Positions 50,195 through 57,587 of a stretch of DNA of 64,000 bases are shown here, piece after piece. Within the stretch, counting starts at the first letter, position 1. Each line of letters begins with the position of its first letter. The stretch is from Candidatus Woesearchaeota archaeon CG10_big_fil_rev_8_21_14_0_10_44_13 (GTDB lineage: Archaea; Nanobdellota; Nanobdellia; Woesearchaeales; UBA12501). The notes under the pieces were generated by a model that was given only the letters and a program-made list of their open reading frames with translations, was not told the origin of the DNA and searched no databases. Made by a program: the position numbers and the translations under genes. The stretch is taken from the NCBI GenBank assembly GCA_002762985.1, contig PCXZ01000030.1:80399-144398 (forward strand), written 5' to 3'.

Positions 50195-50692
50195 ATGGAC
50201 TTTTTCGCGCATATCGCATGGGCTTATATAATATTCAACAAGCTAAAAAAAAGGGAATTCTGTCTTGCCCTGCTTTTTGCTGCTTTGCCCGATATTATAG
50301 GTTGGGGGGGATTTATGTTCTATAACCTTTTCAATGGAAGATTCGGTCAGCCAGACCTTACAAAAATACCAAGCTGGACATGGATGTTGTATGATATTTC
50401 CCACAGCCTTGTTGTATTTGGTGTTATTCTGTTGGTAGTCTGGCTCATATACAAAAAAATACCCTTATTCATGCTTGCATACCCCATTGAGATATTGATG
50501 GACATCCCCACTCATTCAAGGGAATTCCTGCCGACACCGTTCCTCTGGCCCGTCTCAAACTGGCATTTTCCTGGGTTCTCATGGGGGCAGGGATGGTTCA
50601 TGATATTGAACTGGTCGCTTATATTGGGTGGGATTGTTTATGTGAGTAGGGAGAGGATAAGAGGGCTTTGGCGTGCAAAAAGGAGCAGATAA
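50195..50692 (+). CDS. Membrane-bound metal-dependent hydrolase-like protein
   Basis: H near the N-terminus, LPD, SHSL, DIPTH, P.LWP. Confidence 0.65.
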   Translation: MDFFAHIAWAYIIFNKLKKREFCLALLFAALPDIIGWGGFMFYNLFNGRFGQPDLTKIPSWTWMLYDISHSLVVFGVILLVVWLIYKKIPLFMLAYPIEILMDIPTHSREFLPTPFLWPVSNWHFPGFSWGQGWFMILNWSLILGGIVYVSRERIRGLWRAKRSR

Positions 50693-50724
50693 GTTTATAT
50701 ATAATCTTCTATCTTAATAACATT

Positions 50725-51210
50725 ATGAAACATATTGGTTGGTGTTTGGATAAGATACAGATTGTGATGGCAGACATACCCAGAGAGGTGATTTCTCAGC
50801 AAGATAAAGACAAGGCAAATAAGATACTTGACGAAGTCCAAGAATATGCGGATACTTTAGCTAAACTGGTGCTCAATCCCAGATTCAAGGAATACCTGAA
50901 TAAGCTAGAAAGATCTTCGATCGAGGGGATCATGCTGCAGGCGCATGAGATCGAAGAATTGTTCAAGGATCTTGAGCATATGCTGCATTTGCTGGACCTA
51001 TACATCAAAAATCTGAGGGATATAATCCTAAATCATCCTGAACAGTGGGGTGGAAAGGCAGACCAACTGGTCCTTACGATCCACCAAAAGTTCGGCGGTG
51101 AGAGGGGGGAATTGCGCAAGGTATTCCAAATTGCCATTCATGCAAGGGAAGAATTGGAACAGATCGTAGATTCTGAAAAACATTTGGCGGAATTTCTTGA
51201 GATAAGATGA
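50725..51210 (+). CDS. Hypothetical helical/coiled-coil protein
   Basis: ORF after a TTTATATA box; start uncertain. Confidence 0.55.
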   Translation: MKHIGWCLDKIQIVMADIPREVISQQDKDKANKILDEVQEYADTLAKLVLNPRFKEYLNKLERSSIEGIMLQAHEIEELFKDLEHMLHLLDLYIKNLRDIILNHPEQWGGKADQLVLTIHQKFGGERGELRKVFQIAIHAREELEQIVDSEKHLAEFLEIR

Positions 51211-51227
51211 ATATGATTATTATGTAT

Positions 51228-51884
51228 TCACTTGAATACTTCCCCAGTCTCCATGCTCCAGAAAACAAGGTCAAGCTCGTCGATATTTATCCTGTGTTCT
51301 TCGCAGAAGGCCTCAAGCTCCTTCTCAAGACCCAGATACTCTTTCCTTGACAGGGTCTTTGGCAGCTTATGGACAGCGCCATGCCTCAGCATATTCTTCA
51401 GTATGTGCCTGTCCAGTATCGCAAGGCCCCTGAATCCTATGTTCCTGAGGAAATGGCTGGCCTCTTTGTAGCTTATCCCTTTCACGTTCCTGACAAGGAA
51501 CTCGCGTAATTCTTTTGGATCTGCTTTTTTCTTCTTAGCTTCCTTCACTTTTTCCAGGACCATATTGATCTTTCCCTTGAGCTCCACAAGGTACTTCGCC
51601 TTGTTGTTGTGGAACCTAACATTGCCTATGAGGTATCTTGAAGGGTTGAAATCATTGTGCAGGAAATCCTTGTCCTTTAGGATGGAGACTGAGATGTCGC
51701 ACCTTCTTGCTTTTGACTGGGGGGTGCATAGGCAGAAACATAGCTCATAGAACCAGTCCTTTTCAGGCACTTTTGAGAAATCCGCCAGCCTTCCCTTTAT
51801 CTCAGGCTTGTTTTTCCAATAAAAATCAAGAAGTTCCCTTATTTCTTCTTTTTTGGTTTTCCGCAGTGCCCGCATGACATCCAC
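51228..51884 (-). CDS. ogg: 8-oxoguanine DNA glycosylase/AP lyase (Ogg, archaeal/Thermotoga type)
   Basis: ELCFCLCTPQS, RFHNNKA, VKGISYKEASHFLRN, ILDRH, C-terminal TGEVFK. Confidence 0.9.
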   Translation of the reverse strand: MDVMRALRKTKKEEIRELLDFYWKNKPEIKGRLADFSKVPEKDWFYELCFCLCTPQSKARRCDISVSILKDKDFLHNDFNPSRYLIGNVRFHNNKAKYLVELKGKINMVLEKVKEAKKKKADPKELREFLVRNVKGISYKEASHFLRNIGFRGLAILDRHILKNMLRHGAVHKLPKTLSRKEYLGLEKELEAFCEEHRINIDELDLVFWSMETGEVFK

Positions 51885-51948
51885 ACCCCTCTTGGGGTTT
51901 TATATTTTATGGAAAATATTTTATGAAAGATGATTTATTGAAATAAGA

Positions 51949-51996
51949 TCATTTCTTTTTCTTCTTTTTCGGCTTTTCACAGCAGCAACATCCCAT
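51949..51996 (-). CDS. Putative 15-aa micropeptide MGCCCCEKPKKKKKK
   Basis: Strong SD AAGGAGGTG 5 nt before the ATG; sits within a same-strand gene run. Confidence 0.55.
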   Translation of the reverse strand: MGCCCCEKPKKKKKK

Positions 51997-52032
51997 GATT
52001 GCACCTCCTTTTTATTAGTTCATCGAATCAAT

Positions 52033-52617
52033 CTAATTGCAGCACTTGTCATTGTTCGTTTTGACTTCATGGTATTTCGCATCATGGACGTCCATATCAT
52101 CTATCATATCCTTCTGCTGCCAGTCCTTGACCCATTGGCCCACTTCAAATATCTTTATCTTATTGTCTTTCGTGTTGCATATTACCCTGTTTATTCCTGC
52201 ATTGAGTATCATCTTCTTGCATATGAAGCAGGGCGATATGTCTATAAGGGTATTATCCCCGCCATATATCCTCTTGCCGAATATATACATGTCCGCCCCT
52301 TCTATGTTTGTCCCTGCCCTTGATGCGTTTATTATTGCGTTCTGCTCAGCATGGACGCTCCTGCACAGCTCATACCTGTGCCCTGAAGGGATATTCAGCT
52401 CCCGCCTCAGGCAGTTGCCCCTCTCCCAGCAGTCCTTTGTCTTCCTTGGGGCTCCGACATATCCAGTAGAGATTATCCTCTTATCCTTAACTATCAACGC
52501 GCCTATCCTTGCGCTCATGCAGGTGCCCCTTTCAGCGACATCCCTCGTTATAGCAAGGAAATACTCGTCCCATGAAGGCCTTTTTGAATGATCTTGCTGT
52601 TCTTGGTCTTTTGGCAT
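52033..52617 (-). CDS. dCMP deaminase family protein
   Basis: RPSWDEYF, HAEQNAI, PCFIC. Confidence 0.9.
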   Translation of the reverse strand: MPKDQEQQDHSKRPSWDEYFLAITRDVAERGTCMSARIGALIVKDKRIISTGYVGAPRKTKDCWERGNCLRRELNIPSGHRYELCRSVHAEQNAIINASRAGTNIEGADMYIFGKRIYGGDNTLIDISPCFICKKMILNAGINRVICNTKDNKIKIFEVGQWVKDWQQKDMIDDMDVHDAKYHEVKTNNDKCCN

Positions 52618-52644
52618 TGTATCCCTTTTATATCTTATTGTTCA

Positions 52645-53205
52645 TTATTTATCCTTCTTTTTTAACAGATCATCGACATTTTTTCTCAGCTTTTCAAGTG
52701 AACCATCATTGATCATGGTTAAATCGGCCATGCCCATGCAGTTAAGCAATTGCTGGCCTGTCTTGCCCCCCTTGAGCTGGACTTCCTCCTGCCCCCTGAA
52801 TTTCTCGAAGCTGACAGAGTCCGAGGCCCTTTTCCTCAGCTTTATCCTGTCGTATCTCAGCTCTATCGGGGCATCGACTGCGATCAATATAAATCTTTTG
52901 TTTTTCTTCAATTCCTCTATTTCGGCAGGATTCCTTATGCTGTCCACTATGAAATCCTTATTTCCGTGCATTTCGCCTTCCTTTATCCTCTTGAGGACCC
53001 TCTTGCTCAATGTAGCAGGGCCTTCCTTTGCCCTCAGTTCGTTGCCTACTGTAATAAGGTTGTCAAGGCCCTCGTCAAGGCCTCTTTTTTTTACCTCTGC
53101 CCTTATTTCGTCAGACAATGAAGTGTATTCGAAGCCTTTCTCTTTCAGCATCTCTGCTACTGTGCCTTTGCCTGCGCCGTTTGTGCCGGTTAAACCTATT
53201 ATCAT
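52645..53205 (-). CDS. P-loop nucleotide kinase (dNMP/dephospho-CoA kinase-like)
   Basis: GLTGTNGAGKGT, DSIRNPAE, VDAP...RY.R, NDGS. Confidence 0.8.
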   Translation of the reverse strand: MIIGLTGTNGAGKGTVAEMLKEKGFEYTSLSDEIRAEVKKRGLDEGLDNLITVGNELRAKEGPATLSKRVLKRIKEGEMHGNKDFIVDSIRNPAEIEELKKNKRFILIAVDAPIELRYDRIKLRKRASDSVSFEKFRGQEEVQLKGGKTGQQLLNCMGMADLTMINDGSLEKLRKNVDDLLKKKDK

Positions 53206-53247
53206 ATTGTCGCCTGTGTTTTATCGAATGATGTCAAATAGTTGATA

Positions 53248-53886
53248 TCAATATTCTATCCCTCTTCTCGCCGAAACCCCCTTGTCGAAATAATGTTTCA
53301 CAAGCTTCATCTCTGTGACAAGATCAGCCTTCTCTATTATCTCCTGCGGGGCGCCTCTGCCTGTGAGCACAAGCTCTGTGTTCTTCGCTTTGTTCCTCAT
53401 CAGCGCAAGTACGGCCTCAGAGCTTATTATGTTCTTCCTCAGGGCATTATTTATCTCGTCCAATATCACAAGATCATATTCTCCTGAGACGGTTGCCTCT
53501 TTCGCATGCTCCATCGCTTCAAATGCCAATGCCTTCTCTTCCTGATCCTGCAGGAAGCAGTTCCTGCATTCCCCGCATTGTATATCTTCCCTTATGAAAT
53601 CGACAGGAAAACTGTCTTTCTCTCCGTCAAACCCTGAAAGCTTTAGCTGCCTCTGCTCCTTCACGCAGGGTTTGCCATACTGGTAGATCTTTATGTTTGG
53701 AAGATAATTTTTTATCGCTATATACTCGCCAGTATAAGCGCCGCCTTTGAGGAACTGGACTATGCAGACCTTGAGATTCTGGCCTGCAGCCCTCAACGCA
53801 ATCCCCATTGAGGTGGTGGTCTTGCCCTTATTATCCCCAGTATACACATGGACCATTCCCAGATTTTCCTTTCCCATCAAAACCAC
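53248..53886 (-). CDS. cobA: Cob(I)alamin adenosyltransferase (CobA/BtuR type) with Cys-rich insert
   Basis: YTGDNKGKTT, QFLKG, LDEI, ELVLTGR, ADLVTEM, KH...G..AR.GIEY. Confidence 0.9.
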   Translation of the reverse strand: MVLMGKENLGMVHVYTGDNKGKTTTSMGIALRAAGQNLKVCIVQFLKGGAYTGEYIAIKNYLPNIKIYQYGKPCVKEQRQLKLSGFDGEKDSFPVDFIREDIQCGECRNCFLQDQEEKALAFEAMEHAKEATVSGEYDLVILDEINNALRKNIISSEAVLALMRNKAKNTELVLTGRGAPQEIIEKADLVTEMKLVKHYFDKGVSARRGIEY

Positions 53887-53923
53887 ATTCCGTCATTTAT
53901 CCTTATCATGCTGCCAAAATCAT

Positions 53924-56110
53924 TCAAGAGCAGTAAGAGTAGCCGCACGAAGGGCATGTGGCGCAGCCGCTCTCGAACTTGAGCTTGCTGCCGCACTCAG
54001 GGCATATCTCATCCCTCTGCTCTTCCTTCTTCTCCTCTTTTTTCTTGGCTTTTTTCTCCTCAGCATCTGTGACATCTATGTTCAATACCTGCTCGCCCCT
54101 GCTCCTGTCCCTGTAGACCGTAACGCCTTTGCATTTAAGCTTGTAAGCCTGCATATACACGTTCTCGACGTCCCTTGTTGTGGCGCTGTGGGGGAAATTC
54201 ACTGTCTTTGACACTGCATTGTTCGTGTATTTCTGGAATGCGGCCTGCATCCTGACATGCCATTCAGGCGTCACATCATGCGCAGTCACATAGACCTTCT
54301 TCACGGACTTTGGTATCTCATCGAAGCTGTGCAGTGATCCCTTGTTCGCTATCTTCTTCAGCAGATCTTCAGAATAGAACCCTTTTTCCCTGGATATGAT
54401 CTCAAAATACTTGTTTGTGTACAGGAGATCCTGGCCGTCCATGACCCTTTTTATGAAAGATATGGCGAACAATGGCTCTACGCCGCTGGCTACATCCGCT
54501 ATCATGCTTATCGTGCCCGTTGGAGCGATAGTAGTCCTTGTCGCATTCCTTACCCTATCCTCTTTCTTGCCAGTGTCATAGATGCTGCCCTTGAAAGCAG
54601 GGAAAACTCCCCTTTCTTTCGCCAGCTCTGCTGATTTTGCCATGGCCTCATCATCTATGAACTTCATGACCTTCTCTGCGAGCTTCAGGGCTTCTTCAGA
54701 ATCATATGCCAGGTCAAGCTGGAACAGCATGTCAGCCCACCCCATCACACCTAATCCTATCTTCCTTGTCTTCAGGGTCTGCTCTTTTATCTTATCTATC
54801 GGATAAGAGTTCATGTCTATGACATTGTCAAGGAAATGCACGGCCTGATGTATGATCTTCCTCAGCTTCTCGTAATCGACTTCCCCATCCCTGACAAAAT
54901 TCGCCAGGTTTATTGAGCCTAGATTGCACGACTCGTAAGGGAGCAACGGCTGTTCTCCGCAGGGATTTGTGCTCTCGATCTCGCCTAAGTTCGGAGTCGG
55001 GTTGTATTTGTTTATCTCGTCTATGAAAACTATGCCCGGATCCCCGTTCTTCCATGCCATCATCACTATGAGATCGAATATGCCCCTTGCAGGGACTTTC
55101 CTGATGGCCTCTTTCGTCCTGGGGTTCAAGAACTCGAATTCCTTGTCCTTCTCGAGCGCCTTCATGAACTTTTCTGTCAAAGCCACTGAGAAGTTGAAGT
55201 TGTTGAATACATTGTCCTTCTCTTTTGCGACTATGAAATCCATTACGTCAGGATGGTCGACCCTCAGGATGCCCATGTTCGCCCCTCTTCTCTTCCCGCC
55301 CTGTTTTATCACGTCAGTGGCCGCATCAAAGACCTTCATGAAAGACAATGGCCCTGATGATACCCCTTTCGTCGATTTCACCCTGTCGCTCTTCGGCCTC
55401 AGCCTTGAGAATGAGAATCCTGTGCCTCCGCCGCTCTTGTGGATCAATGCGGTGTTCTTTATGGCATCGAATATCTCCTCCATAGAATCGCCAACGGGCA
55501 ATACGAAGCATGCTGAAAGCTGCTGTATCTCATTGCCTGCGTTCATCAAGGTGGGGGAATTCGGCAGGAAATCAAGGTTCGCCATCATCTCATAGAAAGA
55601 CTGCTCTACTTCCCTCGCTTCATCTTCTTTTGCGCCGTGCTTCCTGTCAGCCGAGGCTATGTTCCTGGCCACTCTCCTGAAAAGCTGGTTAGGCGTCTCT
55701 ATGATGTTCCCGTCGTTGTCCTTCCTGAGGTATCTTTCGCTCAGCACTTTAAGCGCATTCACGCTGAGCTTTGTCTCGACAAGCCTTCCCATCACTGCTG
55801 TCTTCTCTGCCCTCAGCTCGCTCCTCTTCTGCCTGTAGAGTATGTATTCCTTCGCTGTCTTCGCGTGGCCTGTCTTCATGAGAACCTTTTCGACAGTGTC
55901 CTGGACTTCCTCGACTGTAGGTATCTTTTTTCCGTCAAAGATGGCGTTCAGCTCGTCAGCGACCATGGCAGAAAGCTCCTCTGCAATCTTCCTGTCCTTT
56001 CCGCCCACTGACTCTGCTGCCTTGAATATGACATCTGTTATCTTCTCTTTATCGAAATCGACTATCCTTCCGTCCCTCTTCTTTATCTTCTTAACATCTG
56101 TGTCTGCCAT
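53924..56110 (-). CDS. nrdJ: Class II (AdoCbl-dependent) ribonucleotide reductase with N-terminal ATP cone
   Basis: KRDG ATP cone, PNSPTL.NAG, LSACF, GGGTG, TNPCGEQ, TIAPTGTIS, C-terminal CxxC...CxxC. Confidence 0.95.
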   Translation of the reverse strand: MADTDVKKIKKRDGRIVDFDKEKITDVIFKAAESVGGKDRKIAEELSAMVADELNAIFDGKKIPTVEEVQDTVEKVLMKTGHAKTAKEYILYRQKRSELRAEKTAVMGRLVETKLSVNALKVLSERYLRKDNDGNIIETPNQLFRRVARNIASADRKHGAKEDEAREVEQSFYEMMANLDFLPNSPTLMNAGNEIQQLSACFVLPVGDSMEEIFDAIKNTALIHKSGGGTGFSFSRLRPKSDRVKSTKGVSSGPLSFMKVFDAATDVIKQGGKRRGANMGILRVDHPDVMDFIVAKEKDNVFNNFNFSVALTEKFMKALEKDKEFEFLNPRTKEAIRKVPARGIFDLIVMMAWKNGDPGIVFIDEINKYNPTPNLGEIESTNPCGEQPLLPYESCNLGSINLANFVRDGEVDYEKLRKIIHQAVHFLDNVIDMNSYPIDKIKEQTLKTRKIGLGVMGWADMLFQLDLAYDSEEALKLAEKVMKFIDDEAMAKSAELAKERGVFPAFKGSIYDTGKKEDRVRNATRTTIAPTGTISMIADVASGVEPLFAISFIKRVMDGQDLLYTNKYFEIISREKGFYSEDLLKKIANKGSLHSFDEIPKSVKKVYVTAHDVTPEWHVRMQAAFQKYTNNAVSKTVNFPHSATTRDVENVYMQAYKLKCKGVTVYRDRSRGEQVLNIDVTDAEEKKAKKKEEKKEEQRDEICPECGSKLKFESGCATCPSCGYSYCS

Positions 56111-56219
56111 CTTATGCCTCCTCTTTTTTACTGAATCATTGTTTTTTCTTTGTTTTTATCGGTTTTTAGTTTTTTTACCGGCTTAACTTTTATTTTCCTT
56201 CATTTTATCACGTTGAGAT

Positions 56220-56666
56220 TCATTTCTTCAGCTTTCCGAGCTCCTCTTCAAAGGATTTCGGATCATTAAACTCCTTATAGACAGAAGCGAACCTCAGATA
56301 AGCCACATCATCAGTCTTTTTCAGCTTTTTCATGACTATGTCTCCTATAGACCTTGCAGGGATCTCCTTCTTTCCCTTGTTGAGTATATCAGATTCTATG
56401 TCATCGACCATCCCTGCCAGCATCTCATCGCTTATGGGCCTTTTCTCGCATGCTTTCCTCATGCCCAGAAGTATCTTCTCGCGGTCAAACTCCTGTTTTG
56501 AGCCGTCTTTCTTTATCACTGAAAGGGAAATCTGGAAATTCTCGTATGTCGTGAAGCGTTTGCTGCACTTGAGGCATTCCCTTCTGCGCTTTATAGAACT
56601 AGAATCAGGGCTATCCCGCTTGTCCATCACCTTGCTTTCAGCATGGGAGCAGTATGGGCACCTCAT
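56220..56666 (-). CDS. nrdR: Transcriptional repressor NrdR
   Basis: MRCPYC, RRREC..C..RFTTYE, KKDG ATP cone, AYLRFASVY; true start at 56666 with a GGAG SD. Confidence 0.95.
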   Translation of the reverse strand: MRCPYCSHAESKVMDKRDSPDSSSIKRRRECLKCSKRFTTYENFQISLSVIKKDGSKQEFDREKILLGMRKACEKRPISDEMLAGMVDDIESDILNKGKKEIPARSIGDIVMKKLKKTDDVAYLRFASVYKEFNDPKSFEEELGKLKK

Positions 56667-56722
56667 TTTTACACTCCTCTGAATAACCTCTTTTTTGACG
56701 TTTGTTACTTCAAGATAAAGAA

Positions 56723-56769
56723 ACACAATATCTTGTGTTTTCCAAGATAAAAACCACAATATCTTGTAT
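56723..56769 (-). promoter_or_regulatory. Tandem NrdR boxes
   Basis: ACACAATATCTTGTGT (56723-56738) and CCACAATATCTTGTAT (56754-56769), 31 bp apart start-to-start; match the acaCwAtATaTwGtgt consensus. Confidence 0.88.
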
Positions 56770-56925
56770 CTGTAAGGAAATCTGTTGAGCATTATAAATA
56801 TTCTTATTGTGTGGAATATATTTTTAGTAGATTGTATTTGGTAGGTTGTTTTTTAGGACAACTTAGCTGTTTTTTTGATATTTTTGAAAAAAATAGAGAA
56901 AAGTAAAAGAAAAAAATAATAAAAA

Positions 56926-57372
56926 TCACGCCTTATACACTATATCCCCTTCCCTGACCTTGTCGATGACCTTCATGCCTATCTCCTGGCCTTTCTTGGC
57001 CTCTGTGACCTTGTCATGGTCTATCTGCATCGATTCGACCTTCTGCTTCAGGTTGGTGGTCGCTCCTTCTATGGATATCACATCGCCGGCCTTGAGGCTG
57101 TTTTCAATCTTCACTACTGCGACGCTTATGTGCGAATAGAAATGGGTGACTTCGCCTATCTTTGTCCTCTGCACAAGCTTTGCGGCCGGTTTCACTGCCC
57201 GTTTCAGTGAGGATTTCTTTGCCGCTGCCTTCTTTGCGGGCTTTGCTGCCTTTCTCATCACTTTTTTCTTAACGGCTTTCTTTGCAGCTTTCGCTCTCTT
57301 GAATTTGGGTTTCTTTGATGCCTTTGACTTAGAAGCCTTTTTTGGCTTGGATTTTGCCTTCTTTTTTGCCAT
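56926..57372 (-). CDS. Translation-factor-like beta-barrel protein with Lys/Ala-rich N-terminal tail
   Basis: IGEVTHFY..ISVAVV, GD.I.I.G.TT..Q.VESMQID, VREGD.VY; histone-H1-like N-terminus. Confidence 0.7.
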   Translation of the reverse strand: MAKKKAKSKPKKASKSKASKKPKFKRAKAAKKAVKKKVMRKAAKPAKKAAAKKSSLKRAVKPAAKLVQRTKIGEVTHFYSHISVAVVKIENSLKAGDVISIEGATTNLKQKVESMQIDHDKVTEAKKGQEIGMKVIDKVREGDIVYKA

Positions 57373-57587
57373 ATATTTCACCCCTCCTTTGGCTCGTTAA
57401 GGCAAGGAGGTATTTAAATTTAATGAATGGTCTATCAAAACCATGAAATCCCCTGCTCAAAACCTTTTATAACGACACCAAAAGCCTTATAAATATCCTT
57501 CCAACTGACTTATAAAGATATATACGCGAGTATATACGACAGAAACCCCCAAACAGCCCCATAGTTTCTCCGGCAAGGTGATTTCTA

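Noticed and set aside
56667-56792. 42-aa N-terminal extension of NrdR in the ORF track
   Set aside because: The region holds the NrdR boxes and TATA; the family starts at MRCPYC, which has its own SD
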